A stretch of DNA of 64,000 nt, from contig CM060734.1 in the NCBI GenBank assembly GCA_030704615.1, forward strand, positions 7,688,001 through 7,752,000, in the 5' to 3' direction. Positions 45,542 through 58,500 of the stretch are shown here, piece after piece. The position numbers and the translations under genes are program-made. Source of the DNA: Takakia lepidozioides (lineage: Eukaryota > Plantae > Bryophyta). How positions within the stretch are numbered: the stretch's first letter is position 1; each line of letters begins with the position of its first letter. The notes beneath the pieces were generated by a model. That model had not been told where the DNA came from and ran no database searches. It worked only from the letters and a program-made list of their open reading frames with translations.

Positions 45542-48500
45542 CATGGGGGCGGGCAAGCCGAAGCGAAAGCGGACGGCCCAAAAGATGATGACCCCGGTGA
45601 GCCCGATGGGGCGACGTGTCACCGAGGCGGCAGTTTGAGGAAGCGATTAATGTTTCCGAAAACGAGGCCGCTCAGGAGCGGAGAAATCCGAGGAGTCGGA
45701 GCCCGAGGAATCTTTGAGAGCTCCGACAAACCAAGAGATGCCTCCCATGCCGGCAGCCTTTGGGAGGGTGTTTGGCGCAGTTGGCTGGACGTTGAAAGAC
45801 GTGTTGAAGGCGGCTAATGCCACTTCCACCAAGGAAAGTTAGTTTAAGGTGAAGCCTAAGGAACACGGCACCTCAGAGGCAGTTCGAAACCGGAAGGCAC
45901 TCAACACCTGCTCCTGGAGCTAGAGCAGTTACTTCGGGCGGCCAAGTTGAGTGACGAGGATCGGGTGGAAGTTGCTCCCACATATTTGAGGGGCTATGCT
46001 CAACAATTGGCAGGAGAACGCCAGACACAGGAACGAGTTCACGACCGAGGCCAAGCCCGGAAACCTTGAACTGGAGGGAGTTCAAGGAATATGATGAGAG
46101 ACAGTTTGTGCCCCTCAAAGCATCCTGGCTTGCCCGGGACAAGATGAGGAATTTGAAGCAAACAGATGACTTCGGGGGTATGTCCAGGATTTCAATGTGC
46201 TGGTGCTCGAAGTCGCGGACATGGCAGACCAGAAATGGTCTTCAACTTTGTGGCGGACTGGCCCCAGGGCTAGGCGGAAGTTGGAGGAGAAGCCAACCAA
46301 GACTTGAACGAGGCAATTGAGAGAGCTGAATGTTTCTCGGATGTCCCTAGGGGTGAGGACAAGGCCGTACGGAGCTGAACCACAAGAAGACCGGCGGCGG
46401 GAAGGTGACTCCTCCCGACGGAAAAGAAGTGGGAGGCCACGCGGCGAAAATGGCACGTGGAAATCGAAGGGAGGTCCCTACACGTCAGGGCGGGCACCCG
46501 GGCTTCGAAAGGAAAAGCGGGTGGAGCGACTTATGGCGGACAGAAGGCGACTTGATGGAGTGTGTTTCAATTGGGGGAGCCCGGGCACATGGCCAAGAAG
46601 TGCACGAAGCCCGGCAATTGAAATGATCGGGCGGACCACGGAGCTGTCGGAAGATACCATCAGTCGCTTGTGGAAGCGGTGGTCGCCAGGACTTGAAAGG
46701 TAGGCAAATTTCTTGTGAGTTGTATCAGGAAACTGGCGCCTACGAAAAGGGAGTCAGTTATTGTTCGTGGGGGATAATATCCGGAATAATGTGTGTTGTT
46801 GGTGGACACAGGAGCGTCGCACTCCTTCATGACGCCGGCGGCGGCGCGAAAGTTGGACTCCGACAAGTGACGTGGGGGCTCTATTGAGGTGCGCTCTGCC
46901 AAAGGAGAACCTCAGTTGGCGACAAGGTTGGCGTTTGATGTTCCTCTTCAACTGGGGAGTGGGAGGGACGTGAGAACTTCACTATCTGCGAGATCGATGG
47001 AGTGGATCTCATTTGGGGAATGGGAATGACCTTTTTGAGCAAATCCGGAGCGGTCATAGATGGCCGCAAGAGAGTAGTCACGCTGCCATGTGGGAATGGT
47101 GGCGAGGTTTTACGAGTGTCGGAAACGCCCAAATCCGTGGGAGGGCGAATAAACCTTCTATCAGCAAAGGAGTGGGCCGTGGAGGAGACACACGAGTCCC
47201 AGTTTTTGCTTTACATTAGAGAAGTGAAAGGAGAAGGCGATGGGGAGCCGAGCCCAGATTGGATCAAGGGATTTTGGAGAAATACCAGGATGTGATGCCG
47301 GAGGATTTACCAAGCGGCTTGCCACCGCGAAGAGGAGTTGACCACAAAATTGAGGTGATACCGGATCGGAACCGCCTGCCAAGGCGCCCTACCGGTTGAG
47401 CCACAAAGAGTTGGTCGAGCTGAAGACTCAGCTCAAAGATCTAATGTCAAAGGGGTACATCCGGCCGAGTAAGTCACCTTACGGAGCCCCGGTGCTATTT
47501 GCAGACAAGAAGGATGGGACGCTGCGGATGTGTGTCGATTACAGGGCTCTGAATAAGGTGACTATCAAAAACCGGTACCCTTTGCCAAGGATCGACGACC
47601 TCTTCGATCGGTTGGCAGGAGCGAAGTATTTCAGCCGGATCGACTTGCGCTCCGGCTATCACCAAATTCGGGTGGCGGAAGGAGATGAGGAGAAGACCGC
47701 GTGCAGGACAAGGTATGGTTCATATGAGTTCTTGGTGATGCCTTTTGGGCTCACCAATGCACCAGCGACATTTAGCACGCTGATGAACAGCCTTTTCCAG
47801 GAGTGGTTGGATGACTTTGTGATCGTGTACATCGACGACATCTTGGTGTACTCGAAAACAAAGGAGGAGCACCTGGAGCACCTCAAAAGGGTGTTCCAAA
47901 AATTGCGAGAAGGGAAGCTGTATGCCAAAGCTTCAAAGTGCGAATTCGGGGTCACAAAAGTGGAGTTCTTGGGGCACGTGATTACACAGGATGGGATCAA
48001 AATGGATGACAGAAAGGTGAGGGCGATCTTGGACTGGGAGCCTCCGACTTCGGTCCCGGGAGTGCGATCCTTCCTAGGACTCGCCTCCTATTACCGGAAG
48101 TATGTGAGAAATTTCGCCAAGATCGCGGGGCCGCTGTCGGACCTTCTGTGTAAATCCAAAGTCTGGGTATGGAACACATTTTGTGGCCAAGCTTTTGCTG
48201 AATTGAAGCAGCGGATGACGGAAGCTCCAGTCTTAAAATCCCGGAGTTCGATCGTCCGTTTGAGATTCATACAGATGCATCGGACTTCGCAATTGGGGGT
48301 GTACTTATGCAAGATGGACGTCCAGTGGCTTACGAAAGTAAGAAACTGAATGAAGTGGAGCGACGGTGGCCGACGCACGAAAAAGAGATGAAGGCGGTGG
48401 TACATTGCCTTGAACTCTGGCGCCACTATGTTGGTTCCAACCCAGTGAAGGTGTTCACGGACAATGTCACGGTGAAGTATTTTGCCACGCAGCCCAAGTT

Positions 48501-50093
48501 GTCCCCAAAACAACTTAGGTGGCAAGATACTTTGGCAGTGTTCGACGTGGATATCCAGTACAAACCGGGACGGGACAATGTGGTGGCCGATGCTTTAAGT
48601 AGAAAGCAGCAGCTCTTGTTGGTGTACAAGGGCGAGACGGCGCTCCAAAGGAAGATCCGGAAGGCTTGCCGGAAGGATGAGCTGGCAAAGTGCGTGATGC
48701 AGAACTTGAGAATGGGGGTTAAATCGCAGTTCCACTTGCAAAACGGACTGCTCCGGTATAAGCAAAAACGTCTCTATGTGCCAAAGGGAGGGATCAGGGA
48801 TAGTCTCTTGAGAGAATGCCATGATAGCCCGCTTGCGGGCCACGGTGGAGCCAAGCGCACTGCGGCACTCTTGAAGAAAGAGTATTTCTGGCCCAAACTG
48901 AGGGAGGAGGCAGAGGAGTATGTAAAGACATGCACCACATGCCAACAAAACCGGAGCGAGTATAAAAAGCAAGCGGGGCTGTTACAACCCTTGCCGATTC
49001 CAGAGGGGACTTGGGAAAGCGTCTCGATGGATTTCATGACTGCTATGCCGCTGTCAAAAGGATTCGATGCAATCATGGTGGTGGTAGATAGGTTCAGTAA
49101 AATGGCCCATTTCATCCCACCAAGGAGACGGCAACTGCGCAGGAGACAGGGCGACTTTACTTCGCCCACGTCTTAAAGCATCATGGAGTCCCGAAGGATA
49201 TTGTCTCGGACCGCGACCCAAAGTTTACGAGTAAATTCTGGAGAGCACTTTGGAAGAAGATGGGGACGAGGCTGAAGATGAGCACCGCCTTCCGACCTAC
49301 GACGGACGGCCAAACGGAAAGAGTGAATTCCGTAGTGAAGCAATTCTTGCGGAATTACGTGTCGGCAGACCAATCAGACTGGATGGAACACTTAGACGCG
49401 GCAGAGTTCTGTTATAATAACACAGAACACTCCGCGACGGGAGTTTCCCCTTTTGTGTTGGTCTATGGAAAAGCACCTCTGGTGCCGACAAGTTGGGCCG
49501 CCCAGGACGTTGAGGAACCGGCAGTAGCGGCGGTACTGGAAGAACGCGAGCGTTTGTTGAAGCTCGCAAAGTACAACATTGCCAAAGCTAGGAAACGGTA
49601 TGAAAGGCAGGCGAATCGGAAGCGGAGGGAAGTGAAGTTTGAGGCAGGCACAGAGGTCTGGTTGAACATCAAGAATTTTCGACTACCTCCGGAAATGAGT
49701 CCGAAGTTCGTACCTCCGTATGCGGGTCCCTTTCGCATTCGGAGGGTTATGAATGAGGATGTGTATGAATTGGAGCTGCCAGCAAACAGCAAGGTGCACC
49801 CAGTATTCCATGTCTCCCTTTTGAAGCCTTACTTCAAAGATGAAGCACGTCCGAATCGGCAGCAAGTGTTGCGTCCGCCACCTATGCTGTTGGATCATGA
49901 AAATGAACCCGAGTACGAGGTGGAGGCAATACTTAAGTCGAGGAGGTTCAAGAACCGAGAAACGGAGTATCTCGTCAAATGGAAGGGCTATCATCTTGTG
50001 GAGGCATCTTGGGTGCGTGCCTCAGAAATGGGAAACGCATCCGAGGCAGTTGCAGCGTTCGAAGGGCGACCTCAAAAGCGGAAGAAGCGTTGA
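45542..50093 (+). CDS. gag-pol polyprotein (frameshifted): gag, protease, RT, RNase H, integrase, chromodomain
   Basis: ORFs 47396-48349 (RT), 48307-49176 (RH/INT zinc finger), 49260-50093 ([24 protein letters not shown]). Confidence 0.92.
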
Positions 50094-50987
50094 TGGGGAC
50101 ATCAACCTTGGAGCGTGGGGGAGGAAATGCATGCTTAGCCCGGTTTAGCTAGCTCAGGAATCCGATTGCAAAAACTTGTATTGTACAAAAATTTGTGATA
50201 AAGGAAATGGGTTCCAAATATTGTGCGTCCTATTGTGTTTGGAATGGTGATGCATGGTGTGGTTGGCTGGTGTGTAGAATGCATGCTAGCTTACAAAAGT
50301 GGGAGAGGTAAATTGGGTTAATCGTGTGTTTGCGCAGTGCCGAAATCGGGTGACTCCCATCCAAGGGGCAAGGAAACTTGCGCCTTATTTGGGAGTTCAA
50401 GTGCTAGTGCGCACCTGGCGCGTGCGCGTACTATAACTGCGCTACCGAGGGGGTTGCCTTGTAGTGCGGGCTAACGCGGAAGCTACGTGCTTCCGTTCAC
50501 GTACTATAATCGTGTAGCCTCGGGACGAAGTCGTAGTGCGGCTTCGGCGTGTTCCCGTACCTCAGGCCAGCATTCCAAGGCGGACCCAATTGTAGTGATT
50601 GGGGCGCACGGTTGGTTCAAGGTTATCTTCCTAGTCAAAGAGGGTTCCAGGTGAACCCTTGCTCAAGGTGATGCCAAAAGCGGCATCATGAGCGATCGCA
50701 AGCAATGTTGTTGCAGTAAGGCGATTCGATCCTCGGGGAGGATCGTTCCTTGGCCTTGAAGTAGGCCAAGAAGAGTGCACTGGGAGGAGCTGGAGAGGCT
50801 CCACCCTTGGCCGGGACTTGGAGGAAGTCGGCCGAACTAGCTAGTGGAGAGTGGAGTCAAGTGTGGGGTTTGGTTCTTTGCCATGGGACGCCATGGTACG
50901 GAAACAAACTCCTTGATGTGGGACGCCACAACTTGGATGTTCGTTTCTACAAAATGGACAAGTCGATGAGGACATCGACTCCCTGTT

Positions 50988-50999
50988 GGTAGGGGTGTG
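50988..50999 (+). promoter_or_regulatory. Polypurine-tract-like site
   Basis: ggtaggggtgtg directly before the 3' LTR; identical in the second copy. Confidence 0.7.
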
Positions 51000-51722
51000 T
51001 GTCGCGGCCCTTTGCCTTGAGGGCAGGGGGTCGGGACACATGAGGGGCTGCCCCTGTGGTGGGGGCAGCGGCAGCGATAGGTATGGGGGGCTGAAGCACC
51101 CTTGAGTGCCCAAGGCACTCAAGGAGGCGGAGGCGCTCACTAGGTGGAGCCCCGCACACCGGGTTGCGGTGGAGGTGGCTCCACAAGGGGTGGTGGTAGC
51201 TTAGTGGGACTTAGTGGGGGTGGCATAGGACTCACCATGGGGTGGAGACCTCGAGGTGGGAGTCGTGGGGAGTCTTGGGACTCATCACGGTCCATTGGGG
51301 CCGCGGTGAGTGGGCCAAGACTCACCGCGACTCACCACCGGGAGTCGAGGGTTTTCGTGGTGGTTCGCCATAAAATGGCATGGCTGTTTGTGAAACCCCC
51401 GCGGACAGCTACAGAAGTATATATAGGGAGTAGTAACCCGAGAACGGTGCAAGCCCGTTGGTGACCAAAAACTAGTGAGTAAGCGAGCGAGCCGGAAAGC
51501 GACCAAAGAGTGGGGAGCTGTTCCGGACTGCCATCTACCAAAGGGAATTCTCCTAGTCCCAAATAGGTGGAGGGTTTAGAGGGAAGCGGAAGGGGACCGT
51601 TATGTCCCGGTGAGCAGCCGAAACTCCAAGTTGGCCCGGCGGCCAGGTTGGGAGTCAGGCGCGCGCATCAAAGCGAGTAACTATGACTTGAAGGGGAGTT
51701 TACCGAATCGAGGTGTGCGACA
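51000..51722 (+). repeat. 3' LTR
   Basis: TG..CA followed by TSD AAGTC. Confidence 0.93.
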
Positions 51723-53688
51723 AAGTCGGTTGTGACGTTCATTCGTACACATCACATCCTTTTGGCATTGTTTAGAAAGCATGAACCCAAATACAGCCTT
51801 AGGAACCCGGGTGAAACCCGCTTTGCCACAAACTTTTTGATGGTGGATTGACTGGTGACTGTGAGGGCGGGTCTGGAGCAGGTGATCATTGACCCTCAAT
51901 GGGATGCGCATGTGGGCACCTTACGCGACTCTCGTAAGTCCAAGTCTTTGAGCAAAAGTCGGAGGGTCCGCGCAATCATTCGCTCTGATGATTTCTGGGC
52001 GAAATGTGCAAATTTTGTGTACACGGTGGAGCCGGTGTTGATTACTTTGCGGGAGTTTAATGGAAAACAACCAATAATGGGTAAAAACATGGTTGATATT
52101 GGAAAACCTTGATAAACACGTGCAATCCTTGAGGCGTCCTCCATTTTCTATGGACGATGATTTGACGGCAAGGACCGATGATGCATTTTACGACCGCAAA
52201 CGGATGGTTCGCATGGACTTGCATTATGCGGGGGCCTTGCTAAATCCATTCTTGCTGGACAATACGGATTTGAGAGACGATGTGGATGCCAAAGTCGGGC
52301 TTGTACGGGTCATCATACAACTCGCGCCCTTGAACATGACAGAGCGAGCTTTGTCCGAGTACCAGTGTTTCTCGGATCGCCAGAATCCTTTCCATGACAT
52401 GCCGGATCCAAAAGCAATGAACATGTTGCCACATGAATGGTGGGATCTGATTGGAGCTGGAGCAATAACGTTAGCTCCCATTGCAAAGCATATTCTTGCT
52501 CAAGTGTGCTCTGCCTCGTCCTGTAAGCGGAACTGGAGCAGTTACTTGTTTGTTCACAACAAGATTTGCAACAGGTTGAATCCTGCCAGGGCTGACAAAT
52601 TGGTTTATGTCTACACGAATTGTAGGCTACTGCGAGAGAGGACAACAAATGACGCATCTGCATGGTACGAGAAGAATCTGTTGTCTGAAGAATCTGCCTC
52701 AGAGGTCCAATCTAGCAGCAATGATGACACCGACGCCGCGAGGGACTCTGACTCCGACGGTTGGGATGGGTCCGATGATGTGGGCAATCCTCCACATGAT
52801 CCATATGAATTTAATGACCATGATGCTGCAATGCATCCATCCTTCGATGACCTTGTTGTTGATGAACTGTGACATGGTGTCATCCCAATTGCGGACCCCC
52901 TTCCCCCACTGGAGCACACTCTCAACAATGAAGTTGAGGTCAACTCTCCCCCACCACGAGTTCCACGGACTGCGGGAGATGTGCAGGTCGAATCGTTGGA
53001 TGATGACAACCGGCCGTTGTCATTCCTTCACCGACATCGTGCCCCTGTAAACCGTGCTTCATCTCACGCCATTCCATCTCATGTTTCTCTTTCTCAAGCC
53101 AGTTCATCCTATGCTGGTCCATCTAGTCTCTCTCCCCCTCATGTAATTCCTTCCATCGCTACTCCGATCCTGGGAGATGGTTCTTCTGTTGCGGGACTTC
53201 TGCAAGTCGAACCATCGGATGACGACGACCGGCCATTGTCGTTTCATCTGGCCCGACGACGTCCGCATGTGAACCGTGCTCCCTCGACCCTCACTAGTCC
53301 ATCTCATGCCCCTTCCTCTCATGTCAGCCCCTCTGATGTACGTGCAAGTAGCCTTCCTCATACGAAACCTGCTCCAAGGCCACCACGAAATCCGGAACAA
53401 GCCTAAAAACGGTAGAGAATTGTGCAACATTTTGTTGGTGACCGACCTGTGAACAGGCCTGATACCCTAGATGGTATTCATGATAGGAGTGGAAATCAAC
53501 CAGAGAGACAACTGAACGTACTCCGAGGACGACTACATGTCCAACGGCCAATTGCCTCTGGAAACGAAATAACAGATGGAGATCGTGATTCTAGCACTGA
53601 TCATGGGAACGGGGTTGAAGTGAGTGGGGACAAAGATTTTGTACTAGGTGTGAGATCATACCATCGTCGTCGTGCCAGACGGAACTAG
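51723..53688 (+). mobile_element. hAT transposase, C-terminal part with dimerisation domain and long disordered tail
   Basis: Resumes frame KMAK/SVVTFIR; PGETRFATNF; LHYAGALLNP; EWWDLIG..ILAQVCSASSCKRNWS..NRL..KLVYVYTN; several stops. Confidence 0.88.
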
Positions 53689-54264
53689 GTACATCTATAA
53701 CTTATATCACATGATGTGTAGTATGTTTCCATGGATATCCATGTTTCAGTTTGGATACATGCATACGTGTACGGAAATAAAAATGGTGGAATATGCGTAC
53801 CCAAGAAAAGGTTTGGTGGTTGTGCGTGTGTTTGTGTTTCGTCGTTACCTTTACATTGTTGATTTCTTATTATGGTTTCGAAAGCCACAAAGGCCAGGTG
53901 CAGCTCCCAACATTCATCTTCCCCTTCACAAATCCATGGGGAGTCGATACATGTGCTTTTCATCTGCCTCTCCAAAACATACATACAGGTGCAGGGGGAC
54001 CAACCTCCTGGTGGTCGCAACTGTTAAAATAAAAGAAAAATATTGCGACCACCGACAGAAAGAGACGGTTGCGTGGAGGCGAAACCATGCAAGGGCGACT
54101 ACACGCGCTCCGCGAGCAAGGGGCCGGCGTAGGAATGTGCCTTCACAAGATTTGCCCATGAAATTGCAGCCTCTGAGTTCATTCCGCCATTAGCTTCGGA
54201 CTGAAGTAGAGGATACCATTGCGAAAGGTGAGGTGGTTTTAGATTTGGTGCAAGACATTGCAAG

Positions 54265-55056
54265 GGGCCCCTCTCAATTTGCGACCTCATACACAGCGGT
54301 TTGGGTTCATGGTCGTCAATTCCGCATTCGTGCTCTTGACATGAAGCGCAAAACAACGTTTGATTGATCTGGCTTGTGTGCCTCATATTGGCAAGACTCC
54401 GTGTGGGGCAGGGGAGATACACGACCTACCATGAGCACACTCAACTACTTTGGAGAGCTTGAGAGCATACTCCAACTTCAGTATACAAGGCACCAGCCTC
54501 TTATCTTTAAGGCAAGGTGGTTCCAACCACATCTTGTGGGGCCCTCCGCAACAATAGTGGAAGATGAGTGTGGTTTCATGCGCGTCAATACAGATAGGCT
54601 CGAGTCTACTCATCGTCCCTCCGATGAGCCTTTTTCATGGCCTTCAGACATGGAGCAAGTTTTCTTCTCCGGATCAAGAATTGGAAGGTGGTTGTGCATG
54701 CTCAGCCAAGAAGAAGACGTATCTATCATGGTCGGGGATCTACATGGGGCGAGGCAAATGCGGAGAAGGAAGAGACTGGTCATGATGACGCTGATGTTGG
54801 CCGAGGTTGGATAGAGGGGGTACAAGATAATGATGACGCCCCGGACAATGCATCCCGGACCCTATACGATGAGGCTCCATCAGATGCGGATGTTGGAAAA
54901 GAAGATGAAGACATGGTCATTGAAACCGAGGTGGAAGATGATTCAGATGTGCCTTTTGGTGATAAGGCCATTTATGACAATGACTCTGATGAGCAAGAAG
55001 ACTTGCAGCTTGATGAGGACGAAGAAGCTCCGGATGATGATGTTCAAGTTGATTAG
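54265..55056 (+). mobile_element. Second CACTA transposase remnant (DUF4216-like C-terminus plus acidic tail)
   Basis: YFGELESILQLQY..FKARWF..EDECGF..DEPF..EQVFF..WKVV; paralogous to 34096-34704. Confidence 0.75.
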
Positions 55057-55510
55057 ACACGTAATCAAAGCTACATAATAATTCTCACACAAAACTGTAC
55101 CCACCCTTCGATTGATTGTACATGTACATGCATATAGCTTATTTCTATGATTGATTAATGAAAAATCCATGAAAAAAATCCTTTGTAGGTGTGGCGATCT
55201 AGGAATGATTCTAGTGAAGTTGTGACTCGAAAAGTGACTCTAGGATTGTTGAGTTTTTGTACGAGGGCAAGAATGTTGGAAGACATGGTTCTTGTTCTAC
55301 AAGTGCTGACCAAGACTTGCCCCTGGAAACCCTTCAATCGATTTGGTTACCATGATCTCGATGCAACAGAAAGAAACTTCGAAATTGGTGTGAAAGACAA
55401 CAATGTTGCCAAAGCCATTGCCAACCCTCAACCCTCTAATCCTATGGCCCTTCCCTTTTTCTTTCCTAGTGTCCCCACCCCCTCTTCCTACCCTTTGTCT
55501 TTAACAATAA

Positions 55511-58500
55511 GGAGTGGATCTCATTTTGGGGATGACATTTTTGAGCAAATCCGGAGCGGTCATAGATGGCCGCAAGAGAGTAGTCACGCTGCCATGTGGG
55601 AATGGTGGCAAAGTTTTACGAGTGTCGGAAACGCCCAAACCCGTGGGAGGGCGAATAAACCTTCTGTCAGCAAGGGAGTGGGCCGTGGAGGAGCCACACG
55701 AGCCCCAATTTTGCTTTACGTAAAACAAGTGAAAGGAGAAGGCGATGGGGAGCCAAGCCCAAATTGGATCAAGGGGATCTTGGAGAAATACCAGGATGTG
55801 ATGCCGGAGGATTACCAAGCGGCTTGCCACTGCGAAGGGGAGTTGACCACAAGATTGAGGTGATACCGAGATCAGAACCGCCCGCCAAGGTGCCCTACCG
55901 GTTGAGCCACAGAGAGTTGGTCGAGCTGAAGACTCAGCTCAAGGATCTAATGTCAAAGGGGTACATCCGGCCGAGTAAGTCACCTTACGGAGCCCCGGTG
56001 CTATTTGTAGACAAGAAGGATGGGACGCTGCGGATGTGTGTCGATTACAGGGCCCTGATAAGGTGACTATCAAGAACCAGTACCCTTTGCCAAGGATCGA
56101 CGACCTCTTCAATCGGTTGGCAGGAGCGAAGTATTTTAGCCGGATTGATTTGCGTTCCGGGTATCATCAGATCCAAGTGGCAGAAGGAGATGAGGAGAAG
56201 ACCGCGTGCAGGACAAGATATGGTTCGTATGAGTTCTTGGTGATGCCTTTTGGGCTCACCAACGCACCCGCGACCGTTAGCACGCTAATGAACAACATTT
56301 TCCAGGAGTGTTTAGATGACTTTTTGATCGTATACATCGACGACATACTGGTGTACTCGAAAACAAAGGAAGAGCACCTGGAGCACCTCAAAAATGTGTT
56401 CCAGAAATTGCGAGAAGGGAAGCTGTATGCCAAAGCTTCAAAGTGCGAATTCGGGGTCACAAAAGTGGAGTTCCTGGGGCATGCGATTACACAGGATGGG
56501 ATCAAAATGGATGACAAGAAGGTGAGAGCGATCTTGGACTGGGAGCCTCCGACATGGTCCCGGGAGTGCGATCATTCCTAGGACTCGCCTCTTATTACCG
56601 GAAGTATGTGAGAAATTTTGCCAAGATCGCGGGGCCGCTGTCAGACCTTCTGTGTAAATCCAAAGTCTGGGTATGGAACACCTTTTGTGGCCAAGCTTTT
56701 GCCGAGTTGAAGCAGTGGATGGCGGAAGCTTCAGTCCTCAAAATCCCGGAGTTTGACCGTCCATTTGAGATTCATACGGATGCGTCGGACTTCGCAATTG
56801 GGGGTTTACTCATGCAGGATGGACGTCCAATGATTTACGAAAGTAAGAAACTGAATGAAGTGGAGCGACGGTGGCCTACGCATGAGAAGGAAATGAAGGT
56901 GGTGGTGCATTGCCTTGAGGTTTGGCGCCACTATGTTGGTTCCAACCCGGTGAAGGTATTCACGGACAATGTCACGGTGAAGTATTTTGCCACGCAGCCT
57001 AAGTTGTCCCCAAAACAACTTAGGTGGCAAGATACTTTGGCGGTGTTCGACGTGGATATCCAGTACAAACCGGGACAGGACAATGTGGTGGCCGATGCTT
57101 TAAGTAGAAAGCAGCAGCTCTTGTTGGTATACAGGGGCGAGACGACGCTCCAAAGGAAGATCCGGAAGGCTTACCGAAAGGATGAGATGGTGAAGTCCGT
57201 GATGCGGGACCTGAAGATGGGGGTTAAATCGCAGTTCCACTTGCAAAATGGACTACTCCGGTATAAGCAAAAGCGTCTCTACATGTCGAAGGGAGGGATC
57301 AGAGATAGTCTCTTGAGAGAATGTCACGATGGTCCGCTTGTGGGCTAGGCGGAGCCAAGCGCACCGCGACACTCTCGAAGAAAGAGTATTTCTGGCCCAA
57401 ACTGAGGGAAGAGGCCGAGGAGTATGTCAAGACATGCACCACATGCCAACAAAACCGGAGCGAGTACAAAACAAGCGGGGCTGTTACAACCCTTGCCGAT
57501 TCCAGAGGGGTCTTGGGAAAGCGTCTCGATGGATTTCATGACTGCTATGCCGCTGTCAAAAGGATTCGATGCAATCATGGTGGTGGTGGATAGGTTCAGT
57601 AAAATGGGCCATTTCATCCCCACCAAGGAGACGGCAACGACGCATGAGACGATGCGACTTTACTTTGCCCACGTCTTCAAGCATCATGGACTCCCGAAGG
57701 ATATTGTCTCGGACCGCGATCCAAAGTTTACGAGTAAATTTTGGAGGGCACTTTGGAAGAAGATGGGGACGAGGCTCAAGATGAGCACCGCCTTCCGACC
57801 TACGACGGACGGCCAAACAGAAAGGGTGAATTCCGTGGTGAAGCAGATTTTGCGGAATTACGTGTCGACAGACCAATCGGACTGGGTGGAGCACTTGGAT
57901 GCGGCAGAGTTCTGTTATAATAACACAAAACACTCCGCAATGGGAGTTTCCCCTTTCGTATTGGTCTATGGAAAAGCACCTCTGGTGCCGACAAGTTGGG
58001 CCGCCCAAGACGTTGAGGAACCGGCAGCAGCAGCGGTGCTGGAAGAACGCGAGCGTTTGTTGAAGCTCGCAAAGTACAACATTGCCAAAGCTAGGAAACG
58101 GTATGAACGACAGGCGAATCGGAAGCGGAGGGAAGTTAAGTTTGAAGCAGGCACGGAGGTCTGGTTGAACATCAAGAATTTCCGACTACCTCCGGAAGTG
58201 AGTCCGAAGTTCATACCTCCGTATGCGGGACCCTTTCGCATCCGAAAAGTTATGAATGAGGATGTGTATGAATTGGAGCTGCCGGCAAACAACATCCGGT
58301 ATTCCACGTCTCCCTTTTGAAGCCGTACTTCAAAGATGAAGCGCGTCCGAATCGGCATTAAGTGTTGCGTCCGTCACCTATGCTGTTGGATCATGAAAAT
58401 GAACTTGAGTACGAGGTGGAGGCACTGCTTAAGTTGAGGAGGTTCAAGAATCAAAAAACGGAGTATCTCGTGAAATGGAAGGGCTATCATCATGTGGAGG

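Larger units (their letters stand above)
44752..51722 (+). mobile_element. Full-length Ty3/Gypsy chromovirus (Tcn1/Galadriel-like) inserted in the hAT gene
   Basis: LTRs 44752-45487 and 51000-51722 (TGTCGC...GCGACA); TSD AAGTC at 44747-44751 and 51723-51727; PBS; PPT; gag knuckle, LVDTGAS, YIDD, HTDAS, integrase, chromodomain. Confidence 0.96.

Noticed and set aside
50400-50570. Known self-cleaving ribozyme (hammerhead, HDV-like, twister)
   Set aside because: Core consensus nucleotides could not be fitted by eye on either strand; CTGATGA hits elsewhere in the window lack supporting stems
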